This document shows positions 39,462-50,475 of a stretch of DNA of 64,000 bases, piece after piece. The DNA is from Planktothrix sp. GU0601_MAG3. GTDB lineage: Bacteria; Cyanobacteriota; Cyanobacteriia; Cyanobacteriales; Microcoleaceae. The notes beneath the pieces were generated by a model. That model did no database searches. It saw only the letters and a list, made by a program, of their open reading frames with translations, and had not been told where the DNA came from. The stretch covers positions 1,056,001-1,120,000 of the forward strand of contig CP136572.1 in the NCBI GenBank assembly GCA_035193785.1. The letters are read 5' to 3'. The position numbers were made by a program, and so were the translations under genes. Each line of letters opens with the position of its first letter. Position 1 is the stretch's first letter.

Positions 39462-40683
39462 ATGTTAGATCTAACAAAATTGGCTCAACAAATGCAAGGC
39501 ATGAGCCAACATATTAATCGAGAAGCTGAAGCATCCCGCAAACGTATTGAAATTGCTTTAAACTTAATCGAACAAGCGAAATTAAATGATGATCAGTTAA
39601 TGCAGAACTATGTAGAATTTAAACCGCGAATGATTTTTAAACCCGCTACTCCCTTAGAAACCTTTAAACTATTGTCCTGATATTAATGCCCCGCCTTCTG
39701 CCCATACAGTTTTAGCTACGGATGGTTCCCAAATTGCGCCCAGTGCCCATGAAATTGCCTATTGTTATTTAATTAATGTTGGGCGAGTCATTTTACATTA
39801 TGGTCAAAGTCGTCATCCAATTTTAGATAGTATTCCTGAAATTTATTATCGCCCGGAAGATTTATATTTATCCCGGCAATGGGGAATTAAAACCGAAGAA
39901 TGGATGGGATATCGTCGGGCAGTATCCGAAGCTATTATTTTAGCAGAATCGGGGAATCAATTACTCGAAATTTCACCCAATCAACAGTTAAATGTTCCCA
40001 CTTTAGCTTTAGTTGATGGTTCTTTAATCTATTGGTTTTTAGAACAATTACCATCGGAAGCTAGAGATTTAATTTTATTACCGATTTTAGAATCCTGGGA
40101 ACAGTTAAGATTAGCTGGTATTCCTTTATTTGGATATGTGAGTGCTTCTCGCAGCAGTGAAAGTTTATCTTTTTTAAGACTACAGGCTTGTCCCTTTGAT
40201 CAACCCAATTGTTTACAATATTGTCCGGGTATAGGAGGTATAATTTCAACGGGAACCGAGAAAAAAGCCCCTTGTCAAGTGTTTGAACCCCTGCGGGATA
40301 CGATATTATGGGAATCCCAATTAAAACCCGGTCAACGCAGTCCTTTTTGGCGTTCTAATTCGTCAATTTTGGATTTATACGAACATCATCAAATCTATTT
40401 TTGTTATGTGAATATGGGTAGTGAAATTGCCCGTTTAGAAGTTCCGGCTTGGGTGGTGGAAAATTCTGACCAATTAGAGTTAGCATTGGGAATGGTGATA
40501 GCACAAGTTCAAAAGGGATATGGTTATCCGGTGGTGTTAGCAGAAGCCCATAATCAAGCGGTGGTGAAAGGAGGCGACCGGACTCGATTTTTTACTATGT
40601 TGGAGCAAGAAATGATTAAGGCGGGATTAAGAAATGTGGGAATTTCCTATAAAGAAGCGAGAAAACGGGGTAGTATTGCGTGA
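39462..40683 (+). CDS. nurA: NurA-domain DNA double-strand-break repair nuclease; +1 frameshift at 39657-39661
   Basis: ATDGSQI, LVDGSLIYW, ARLEVPAW and GYGYPVVLAEAHNQAVV motifs. Confidence 0.88.
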
Positions 40684-40697
40684 AATCAGTTATCACT

Positions 40698-40771
40698 GTA
40701 GAGACGTGCCATGGCGCGTCTCTAGCAGTTCTCAGAAAATACAATAAGAGAGTCCTGAAGGACTTACTACG
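40698..40771. repeat. REP-like palindromes gtagagacgtgccatggcgcgtctcta and gagtcctgaaggacttactac
   Basis: Inverted repeats after nurA, related to the elements at 3059 and 38123. Confidence 0.7.
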
Positions 40772-40788
40772 GGTCAAATTATATGATT

Positions 40789-41103
40789 CTAAATGGGATT
40801 AATGTTTCCATTAATATCATCAGGGGGATAACCGCGTTGTCGTAATTCCTCTTGCATTTCATAGAGTTCTAATGGCGTATTTAATTCCACTGGTATTTTC
40901 CTGTTGATACACCCATTTAACAGGAAAGCAAAGAAGAGAAGACACAAAATTAACAGTATCCAAACCCCATCAAAATCGCTACCCTCGCCTTGTTTAATAA
41001 ACTGACTCTTACATTCAGTACAGATCCACTTTTTATTTGTGTTTGGGAGCTTAATTAATTCGCACATTCTTTTATTCTTTGAATCTCTGATACAGTCGTC
41101 CAC
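40789..41103 (-). CDS. Small hypothetical membrane protein with Cys-rich N-terminus (WICTEC) and one transmembrane helix
   Basis: ORF track entry; CxxC followed by a hydrophobic segment. Confidence 0.55.
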   Translation of the reverse strand: MDDCIRDSKNKRMCELIKLPNTNKKWICTECKSQFIKQGEGSDFDGVWILLILCLLFFAFLLNGCINRKIPVELNTPLELYEMQEELRQRGYPPDDINGNINPI

Positions 41104-41174
41104 AGAATTTACTCCTAATAGAATTTTTCAGAAAGGAAAAGGCGAAATCTCACCTTTTCCCTTGGGTTTAATCC

Positions 41175-41345
41175 CTAGTCACGCACAGGCGCATAAACGT
41201 GCAATGTCACGCAATCTTCAGCACTGTTATTAACTAATTGATGGTATTCATAACGGTCAGTCCAGGTAATTTCCCCAGCACTTACGGTTTCTTCTTTCCA
41301 ACAGAATAATTTCCGTTGGCAGATATGCTCACTGATGCTATTTTC
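41175..41345 (-). pseudogene. C-terminal remnant of a cysteine-dioxygenase-like cupin
   Basis: YHQLVNNSAEDCVTLHVYAP resembles the CDO H..N.S....SLHVY.P motif. The 5' part is replaced by an IS fragment. Confidence 0.55.
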
Positions 41346-41354
41346 AAAAAAAAT

Positions 41355-41504
41355 ATTTTGTTTATTCAAGTCCTGATGGATAGTTGGTATGCAGCCCAAA
41401 AGCTAATGTCTTTAATTGATAATTTGGGAAAGATTTATTACGTTCCGCTCAAGAAAAATCGATTAGTAGATGACGCTATATAAAGCGTCATTGCGTAAGT
41501 CCTG
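41355..41504 (+). mobile_element. IS701-family transposase fragment with a probable terminal inverted repeat
   Basis: Translates as ILFIQVLMDSWYAAQKLMSLIDNLGKIYYVPLKKNRLVDD (DSWY DDE block) and ends in TGCGTAAGTCCTG at 41492-41504. Confidence 0.65.
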
Positions 41505-41567
41505 GTTTTGTAACCTTAACATCTATACTTATCTTATAGCCTAGTTGCAAAAAATGTCCGCACAGTA

Positions 41568-44536
41568 TTGATGCCTCTCACAAATTCTATGCAGAAACCC
41601 GATATTCCAGCTAATGAAAGTGATCCCTTAGTAGCACTAGATCGTTATAAGATTCTCGATACCTTGCCAGAGCAGGTATACGACGATCCTTTAAAGAACG
41701 CCGTAGGAGAGGTGGTCGGGGCTTCTAAAATTGTTTGCGATATTAGCGATTGCAAACAAGCTGAATTGCAACTACAGAAAACCACAGAGCGTTTAGTTTT
41801 TGCTCTTAAATCTGGAGCAATTGGTTGTTGGGAATACGATATTCAACAGAACCTTCTTGTTTGGGATGATCGGATGTTTGAACTGTATGGATACTTAAAC
41901 AAACCTAATCCCCATCTGGTTTACGAGATTTGGGCAAATGCAATACATCCCGATGATCGTAACGCTACTGAAACCTTACTTCAACAAGCTTTCTTAGGAG
42001 TTGCCGAATATGACTGTGAGTTTCGGATCATTCATTCCGATGGCAGCATTCATTTCATTAAAGCCTATGGCATGGTCAAGCTAGATGCTCAGAGTAAGCC
42101 TGAAAGAATGATTGGGATTAACTTTGATATTAGTGATCGCAAACAAGCCGAGCAAATTATTCTCCAACAAGCAAATCGAGAAACCCTATTGCGAGGAATT
42201 ACTCAGCGTATCCGTCAATCCCTCGATCTCTCAATAATTTTTGATACCGCTTGTCAAGAAATTCAGCTATTGCTGCAATGCGATCGCGTCGGCATTTTCA
42301 AGTTCTATCCTGAATCCAATTTTGATGATGGTGAATTTGTCGCCGAATCCGTTGTCGATGGATTTAGTTTCAGCAATGGAAGTTCACATTCACGACCATT
42401 GCTTTGGCGAGGGCTATGCCGCCGCCTATGCCCAAGGTCGAATACAGGTCTTGAATGATATAGATAATGCTGGGCTGATGGACTGCCATCGCGATGTCTT
42501 GGCTCAATTTCAGGTGCGGGCAAATTTGGTGATTCCATTACTATGTGGCAACAACCTATGGGGCTTAGTGTGCATCCATCAATGCGCTCATACTCGCCAA
42601 TGGCAAGAGCATGAGATTGATCTGATTCAACAAATTGCTAATCAATTAGCGATCGCTATTCAACAAGCCAGTCTCTATGAGCAACTTCAAGAGGAACTAT
42701 TAATACGTCAGCAATCTCAATCGAAAATAGCGCAGCAATTGCGAGAACAGCAAACCTTAGCGACAATCACCAATAAAATTCACGAATCACTTAGTATCAA
42801 AGAGATTCTGGCAGTGGTGACTCAACAGGTTAAAGATGTGCTGTCTGGCGATCGCGTGATCGTCTTTCAACTATTTGATAATGGTAATAGCCAAATTGTC
42901 GAAGAATCAGTACATAGTAATTTTCCTAATCTCAAAGCCCTTAATTGGGAAAACGAAGTTTGGTCACAGGAAATTCTCGATTGCTATTGGCAAGGCAAGC
43001 CTCGCATTGTTCCCGATGTGATGAATGACATTTGGACAGAATGCCTAGTGGAATACTCGATCAAAGGTCAGATCAAGTCCAAAATTATCGCGCCAATTCT
43101 CCTAGAGGCGCACTTTAGCGAAAATCATCGCTGGGTAGCAACGGAGGGATCTAAAAAGCTGTGGGGCGTTTTGGTAGTCCATGCCTGTGTAGAACAGCGA
43201 GAATGGCAAGATTCAGAAGCTCAACTGCTCCAACAAATTGCGAATCAATTAGCGATCGCCATTCAGCAAGCTAGTCTATATGAGCAATCTCAACAAGAAA
43301 TTGCGGAACGTAAACAAGCCCAACAACAATTAACGGAAACCAACCAACAACTCGCCCGTGCAACCAGACTCAAAGACGAATTTCTCGCCAATATGAGCCA
43401 CGAAACTGCGGACACCCCTCAATTCGATTTTGGGAATGAATGAAGCTCTACAGGATGAAATATTTGGCAGCATTAACGAGGGGCAACTGAAAGCATTGCA
43501 AACCATTGAGAATAGTAGTAGGCATCTTTTAACATTGATTAATGACATTCTCGATGTTGCCAAAATTGAGTCTGGACAAGTCACGCTAGAGCTAAAATCG
43601 ACAGATATCGACAGCCTCTGCAATTCGAGCATAGCATTTATCAAGCAGCAAGCATTAACAAAGCGAATTCAATTAATACATAGAATTCCTAAGTATTTAC
43701 CAGAAATAATGCTAGATGAAACGCGGATTCGACAAGTCTTAATTAATCTGCTCAATAATGCTGTTAAATTTACTCTGGAAGGAGGAACAATTACTTTAGA
43801 AGTATCGCAAGTTCAACGTGAAAGTAGTACAACTAATCTAACGCCTCTAAATTACATAAAGATAGCCGTGATTGATACTGGAATAGGCATCTCGGCAGAG
43901 AACATCCAGAAACTGTTCCAGCCCTTTATCCAAATCGATAGTGCGCTGAACCGTCAATATAATGGCACTGGATTGGGTTTGGCTTTAGTCAAAAGACTTG
44001 TTGAAATTCATGGAGGAAACGTAGAACTGACAAGTGAGTTGGGAGTCGGTAGTTGCTTTGCGATTAATCTTCCTATTAATATCGGCTTCCCAGCGATTGA
44101 AGAACAAACTGAGCAGGACTTGTCAGGACAGTCTCAGATAGGTCAAAGCCAAACTGAGGAACTAATTTCACCCTTAATTTTGCTGGCAGAAGATAACGAG
44201 GCTAATATTGTGACATTCTCCAGTTACCTTGAAGCTAAGGGCTACCGCATTTTATTGGCAAATGATGGACAACAGGCGATCGATCTTGCCAAAGCGGAGC
44301 ATCCCGACTTGATTTTGATGGATATCCAGATGCCAGTTATGGATGGATTAGAAGCAATTAAACTAATTCGCCTCGATCCTAATCTGGCTGATATCCCAAT
44401 TATTGCGCTGACGGCTCTAGCAATGGCAGGCGATCGCGAAAGATGTCTGGCAGCAGGAGCTAATGAATATCTAGCTAAACCCGTCAAACTCCGCCAACTC
44501 AGTATTATGATTCACCAAATGTTAGGGTTTGAGTAG
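41568..44536 (+). CDS. Hybrid sensor kinase: truncated GAF/PAC, PAS, two cyanobacteriochrome GAFs, HisKA, HATPase and receiver; +1 frameshifts at 42367-42371 and 43402-43406
   Basis: PAS (IHPDDR, CEFRI); GAF1 with DHCF and CH; GAF2 with WENEVW and ECLVEY; FLANMSHELRTPL; GTGLGL; LLAEDN...LMDIQMP. Confidence 0.9.
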
Positions 44537-44567
44537 CAATCGTGCGAAAAGTGCCGTTAAGCCCAGA

Positions 44568-45215
44568 AGGGTAGCCACCGAGATACCTGCAAAATGGGAC
44601 AGGTTGTAACGATTTATTACAAACAATCGCTGAAATCCTTACACAGAAGGGGGTTTATTGGCTACTTTGCGGTTAGTGACAGGTTCGCTATTTCCAAGCC
44701 AACTACAGATTTCATCAACGTACAATGCTCTTGCCAAGGCACGAGCTTCTTGTATGTAAGCTTCTCGTCCAAAAACAGGACGTTCAGCAGGGATATAAGC
44801 CAAAGGACAACCGACTTTTCCATCCCAGCAAAACAGTGCTTCAATCAGTTCTTCGTCAGGTCTGAGGTCGCTGCTTTCATAGTTACGCCCAGCGCCGAGA
44901 GTGGTTTTCCTCAGTTCCAAACCATTAGGCCACATGAGAGTAATTCCCATTTCCCGCGCACCATTGGTAATGTCGAGGATCTCTTGTCGCCCTTCAGGAA
45001 AGAGTCCACGGGCGAGGAATTGATCGGAACCGATATTTTGCCTTCTGCATCGTATAGTCCGGTTGCTGGAGGTTCAATCAGTCCAATTGTGGGATACTTG
45101 TTAGCTGCCATTGGGACTTAAACAAAAATAAGGAGGAGAATAGACTATAACAGTTAGGGTCGTCGCCGAGATAGGTGCAAAATGGGACACATTGTAAATA
45201 AATATTACAAACAAT
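44568..45215. repeat. Imperfect 60-bp direct repeats (44568-44627 and 45156-45215), each containing TTGTAA-N7-TTACAA
   Basis: Manual alignment gives 49/60 identical positions. Confidence 0.8.
44662..45111 (-). pseudogene. Degraded, internally deleted gene remnant, possibly from a cyanobacterial B12-binding radical SAM protein
   Basis: Fragments in three frames: PTIGLIEPPATGL; WPNGLELRKTTLG...DEELIEALFCWDGKVGC..YIPAERPVFGRE; KLVPWQEHC. The family call is from recollection only. Confidence 0.4.
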
Positions 45216-45300
45216 ACCTTGTCTATTGTCTAGTTTAAAAATGCTAACAATTTTTGATCTTAAATGCCCAGTTCAAGCATTGAGCCTATGGTAATACAAT

Positions 45301-46032
45301 TTAGGATAATTTTTGAGCGTGAGTTTTTTTAAAAACAATACAAGTAACCGAAATATCCCTAAATAACCATAAACTATAACGCAGGGAATTAAGCCATCGT
45401 AGCGGCTGATAAATTGGTAACAATAGTCGAATCATCATTACTATTAAATAGAGAAAAGGTGGTACAGATGTACACTGAATTAACTTGCCACCTTCAATAA
45501 TTTCGCCGTGAACCATTTCCAATTCAGGAAAAAGTTGACACAATTGATTGATGTTAGGACGAAATAGAGTATCAATAGGGTCTAAATGTAAAGGGAATTT
45601 ATATGGAACTGTCACAAATAAATAGCCATCAATAGGAATAATAGAGCTAATCTTATGACAAATTTCCTCTGGATTTAAAATGTGTTCCAATAAATTAGAA
45701 CAAAGAACCGATTTGATTTTCAATTCTGCAATTTTTTCCAAAAAAACGAGATCATTTAAGTCTCCTACTAAATCAACGCCGCCGTCTTGTTTTAGGTCAG
45801 TGTGGATCACCAAATTACCCTTTTCTCTAGGAGATCTGAATAAATATTGATCTATCCAAGGTTGTTCTTTTTCTCGAAAATTTTTGCTAGAACTCCCAAG
45901 ATTTAAAAGAGGAAAAACGGTTTTTTCATCAAGAGAATTAATCATTTTTCCTAACCATTGTGCTTCTTCTCGTAACATAATATTTTTGACGGTTGGTGTT
46001 TGGGCTAATTCAGGTTGCTCAATCAATAACAT
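45301..46032 (-). CDS. Class I SAM-dependent methyltransferase-like protein
   Basis: LLNLGSS, DLVGDL, VLCSNLLEHI and GYLFVTVP motifs. Confidence 0.7.
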   Translation of the reverse strand: MLLIEQPELAQTPTVKNIMLREEAQWLGKMINSLDEKTVFPLLNLGSSSKNFREKEQPWIDQYLFRSPREKGNLVIHTDLKQDGGVDLVGDLNDLVFLEKIAELKIKSVLCSNLLEHILNPEEICHKISSIIPIDGYLFVTVPYKFPLHLDPIDTLFRPNINQLCQLFPELEMVHGEIIEGGKLIQCTSVPPFLYLIVMMIRLLLPIYQPLRWLNSLRYSLWLFRDISVTCIVFKKTHAQKLS

Positions 46033-46073
46033 TAAATATTTAGCTAATTGTTGTTTTAGCTGTTAAATCGTTA

Positions 46074-46361
46074 ATGATTGTTTTTGATAAGTTTAAATAT
46101 ACCTCAGCAAAAATTAGTTCTAAATCTAATAAATTGAAGAGGGAAGTTGAAAAAATTATGGTTTCAACTTCTAATCTTATCACCTTAGCGGAGCAATGTT
46201 TAAAAGATACAAAATTTAGAAAACAACTAGCTAAACAGAAACAAATTAAGACTCTACAAATGAAAATCTTAGTTTGTGCATCTGTTTTAGCTTTTGTTAC
46301 TCCGCTTAGATTGCAAACTGTCAAACTGATTCATTCTACACTCAATATTGTTTTGAACTGA
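46074..46361 (+). CDS. Hypothetical protein
   Basis: ORF only; no recognisable motif. Confidence 0.3.
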   Translation: MIVFDKFKYTSAKISSKSNKLKREVEKIMVSTSNLITLAEQCLKDTKFRKQLAKQKQIKTLQMKILVCASVLAFVTPLRLQTVKLIHSTLNIVLN

Positions 46362-46535
46362 ATATGCCGATTTATTCACATTATAGGGATTAAACCCAAT
46401 AAGGTTTTAACCTTGGGGGGAAATAATTTTACTTTGTCCTTCACTATCGCTTACAATAATAGACTACACCTTTACTTTTGACCTCTGGCTTAACGGCGAG
46501 AATTAATACAGTAATTGGACTATTAACATTTATAA

Positions 46536-48096
46536 ATGCCTGCCAACTATACCGAACTGGAAAAACGCCTCTGGGAAGCCGCCGATGAAACTGCGGGCTA
46601 ACTCCAAACTCAAGCCCTCGGAATACTCCGTACCCGTACTGGGGCTGATTTTCTTGCGCTATGCGGATTATAAATTCAGTTTAGTTGAACAGGAATTAGC
46701 GGGGGCGAGTACCCGTCGCCGCAGTGTGGGGAAGGTGGACTACCAGGCGAAAGGGGCATTATATTTAACAGAAAAAGCCCGGTTTGATTATTTGCTGAAT
46801 TTGCCGGAAGCCGAAGATATTGGTACAGCCATTAATCAAGCGATGAAAGCCATTGAAGATGAAAATGAAGAATTAAAGGGAATTTTACTTAAAGATTATA
46901 ATCGGTTAGAAAAACCGACGCTGCGAGAGTTATTGAAAACGTTTAATCGAATTAAATTAGCCGAAATTGGTGAGGATGCCTTTGGAGAAATTTATCAATA
47001 TTTTTTGGGTAACTTTGCCCAGAAGGAAGGACAAAAAGGCGGGGAGTTTTTTACTCCGATTTCTATAGTTAAGTTAATAGTAGAAGTGATAGAACCGGAT
47101 TATGGATTGATTCTTGACCCGGCCTGTGGGGCGGGGGGAATGTTTGTCCAAAGTGCGATGTGGGTGAGGGAAAAGTTAGGACGTGACCCGAATACTGCGA
47201 TTAGTGTTTATGGTCAGGAAAAGACGGAAGGAACGGTTAAATTGTGTCAGATGAACTTAGCGGTTCATGGGATTTCGGGTTTACGGAATATCCGCCAGGG
47301 AAATACTTATTATGAGGATATTCACAACTGCGTAGAACAGTTTGATTTTGTGATGGCAAATCCACCCTTTAATGTGGATGGAGTGGATAAAGAAAAGTTA
47401 GAAAATGACCCTAGATTTCCTTTTGCTAAACCGAAGGTAGACAATGCGAATTATCTTTGGATTCAGTTATTTTATAGTGCTTTAAATAATACGGGACGGG
47501 CGGGGTTTGTGATGGCGAATTCTTCTTCGGATGCGCGGGGTTCTGAATTAGAAATTCGTCAGGAATTGATTAAATCTGGGGCGGTGGATGTAATGATTGC
47601 GGTTAGTTCTAATTTCTTTTATACGGTAACATTGCCTTGTACGTTGTGGTTTTTGGATAAAGGAAAGGCGAAAAATCATCGCAAGGAAAAGGTATTATTT
47701 ATTGATGGGCGGCACATTTACCGACAAATTGACCGCGCCCACCGAGAGTTTACCGATGAACAAATAGAATTTATTTCTAATATTGTTAAATTGTACCGGG
47801 GGGAAGCACCGGACACGAAAAATGGCAGTAAAATATTACTGGATACTAATTTTCCAGAGGGGGCTTATCAAGATGTGGCGGGGTTATGTCGGGTGGCGAC
47901 AAGGGCGGAAATTGAGGCGCAGGGTTGGAGTTTGAATCCTGGGCGTTATGTGGGGGTCGCCGAACGTCCGGTGGATGATTTTGTTTTTGCTGAAAAGTTG
48001 GAAGAATTGAATGAGGAGTTGGAAATTTTAAATGTAGAAGCGAGGGAATTAGAAGAACGAATTGCTGAGAATATCGCGCAAATTTTGGGAACTTGA
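46536..48096 (+). CDS. hsdM: Type I restriction-modification methyltransferase (m6A); +1 frameshift at 46587-46591
   Basis: [36 protein letters not shown] and LNPGRYVG motifs. Confidence 0.95.
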
Positions 48097-48115
48097 TTAA
48101 TTAGTTAACTGTTCT

Positions 48116-48449
48116 ATGAGACTCCCCAATCCTGAAAGAAGTATCATTGATGAAGAAAAACTATCTGGTTATTGTCTGAATCCCAGACATTCAGATGGTC
48201 AACACAAAGCACGGGTGTTTGAATCGGCTTTAGGGATGGGGATAGATGATTCCCCAGAGTTAAGAGTTGCCCTGATGCAAGCTATCCAAACTACTGATGC
48301 CGTTTCTGGATAAACGCAGTCCATACGGGCAGAAATATAGAGTAGATTTTCTAATGGTGAGAGGGGAAAAACAGGCAATGGTACGCAGTGTTTGGATTGT
48401 GCGGGATGATGAAGATTTTCCTCGGTTGATAACTTGTTTTGTTCTGTAA
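48116..48449 (+). CDS. DUF6883-like protein (putative nuclease-fold toxin); +1 frameshift at 48302-48306
   Basis: KLSGYCLNPRHSDGQHKARVFESALG...YGQKY...VRSVWIV...FPRLITCFV. Confidence 0.7.
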
Positions 48450-48466
48450 TTAGGAGGCATGGAAAG

Positions 48467-48700
48467 ATGAATTCACAAATGAAGTTATTGGATGTGGTGG
48501 CGTTAATTGAAGATATGCCAGAATTAGGTTTATATCGGGGTCAGGTGGGGACAATTGTGGAAGTGTACGAACCGGGTGTTTTTGAGGTAGAATTTAGTGA
48601 TTTAAACGGTCGGGCTTATGCTATAGAGACTTTGAATTCTAATCAATTAATGCTTTTGCATTATCAGAGGTTCTCTGAAGAAATGTTAGTTAAAAGTTGA
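48467..48700 (+). CDS. DUF4926-like small protein
   Basis: LLDVVALIEDMPELGLYRGQVGTIVEVYEPGVFEVEFSD. Confidence 0.8.
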   Translation: MNSQMKLLDVVALIEDMPELGLYRGQVGTIVEVYEPGVFEVEFSDLNGRAYAIETLNSNQLMLLHYQRFSEEMLVKS

Positions 48701-48731
48701 GATTTTTAAATGAAAGAGAGTTTTACTAGAA

Positions 48732-49049
48732 ATGATTGAAACTAAAACGTTAAAAATTGAGATCCCAAAGGAAGAAATAGAACAATTTTGTCAGCGTCAC
48801 CATATCCGCAAGCTGTCTTTATTTGGTTCGGTGTTGCGGGATGATTTTACGCCGGAAAGCGATATTGATTTTTTAGTGGAATTTGAACAAGGGAAAACTC
48901 CAGGTTATTTTAAGTTAGTCAGTATGGAAATGGAACTTTCCGAACTTCTGAAGGGGAGAAAGATTGACTTAAGAACTCCGAATGAGTTAAGTATTTATTT
49001 TCGAGATAGAGTGATAGTTGATGCTGTGGTGCAGTATGATAGCAATTAG
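48732..49049 (+). CDS. Minimal nucleotidyltransferase (MNT antitoxin-like), with no HEPN partner adjacent
   Basis: LSLFGSVLRDDFTPESDIDFLVEF (GS...DxD motif). Confidence 0.88.
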   Translation: MIETKTLKIEIPKEEIEQFCQRHHIRKLSLFGSVLRDDFTPESDIDFLVEFEQGKTPGYFKLVSMEMELSELLKGRKIDLRTPNELSIYFRDRVIVDAVVQYDSN

Positions 49050-49093
49050 GGAAAAATTACTGAAAATATTAGAATGTTGTTGGAGGTAAAGAT

Positions 49094-50382
49094 TTGAGAA
49101 CTGCTACTGCTACAAAAACGAAATGGATAGAGAGAAAAATTGGTGATGACTGCATCATTGGAGATGGTGCACACGCAAAAATCCAAAGACAGACATCAGG
49201 CGTTATGTATCTGACTTGCAAAAATTTTAAAGAAGGCGGTCTTGATTTATCTAAAGTTGATTATATTTCAGAATTAGATTACCTAAAATACTTTAAAGAA
49301 AATTCAAAAGCATTAACAAAGCTAAAAGCTGATGATGTCGTTTTTAGTATCATTGGTACAATAGGTGAGCCTTATTTAGTTAAAAGTCAAGATTCCTTTG
49401 GGATTTCTAGTAGTGTAGCTATCTTAAGACCAAATAAAACTGTTTTATTTCCCAAATATATTTATTATTGGATAAAGGGTCATATTTTTCAGAATGCTCT
49501 GTACGGGATAAAAGGTGGGGTAGCACAGGGATATGTCAGCCTTGAAATGATTAAATCGCTACCTTTGTATTACCCAGAAACTAGCTGTGCAAGAAAAAAT
49601 TGCTGCGATTCTCTCAACTTATGATGACCTAATCGAAAACAATACGCGACGAATAAAAATACTGGAAGAAATGGCGCGATCGCTTTATCGTGAATGGTTC
49701 GTTAACTTCCGTTTCCCCGGACACGAACAGGTTAAAATGGTTGATTCAGAATTGGGTTTAATTCCTGAAGGTTGGGAAGTTGTCAGTTTCACAGACATTG
49801 CTGATATTTTAAGTGGTGGAACTCCTAAAACGAAAATATCTGAATACTGGGGTGGCGATATTCCCTTCTTTACGCCTAAAGATGCACCATCATCTTTCTA
49901 CGTGATAGAAACAGATAAAAGTATTACCCAACTCGGTTTTAAGAAATGTAATAGTAAGCTGTATCCAAAAGATACAGTATTTATCACCGCTAGAGGAACG
50001 GTAGGTAAAGCAGTCTTAACAGCAGTAGACATGGCAATGAACCAGTCTTGCTTTGCTTTGAAAGGGCGAGAAAATATTAATCAATATTTCGTTTTTTTAA
50101 CCATTAACAACTACGTCCCCCATCTTAAGCAAACTGCTAGTGGAGCTACTTTTGATGCAATTACCATAGATAACTTCCGTAGATTGATGATAGTAAAACC
50201 GTCGCTTGTTTCTGCAAACAAAATTCGGTATTATAATTAAGCCTTTTTTTGAAAAAATACTTAATCTTTTAAAGAAAAATGATAACCTCCGCCGTACCCG
50301 CGACCTCCTCCTCCCCAGACTCATCTCCGGTGAAATAGATGTTGAAAACCTCGATATCAAAACCGGAAATATTGCCGCCTAA
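49094..50382 (+). CDS. hsdS: Type I R-M specificity subunit with two TRDs; +1 frameshifts at 49577-49581 and 50208-50212
   Basis: QEKIAAILSTYDDLIENN, LYREWFVNFRFPG, IPEGWEV, GGTPKT and RDLLLPRLISGE motifs. Confidence 0.92.
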
Positions 50383-50475
50383 ACCACCCATTACAAACCC
50401 CATTATTCCCCTATGACCTACCAACTTAAAATCGACTACCCCGAAAATGCCTAAAATCTAACCTTTAAAATTACC

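Noticed and set aside
44603..45210. NtcA boxes in the TTGTAA...TTACAA dyads
   Set aside because: The spacing is GTA-N9-TAC, not the GTA-N8-TAC consensus.
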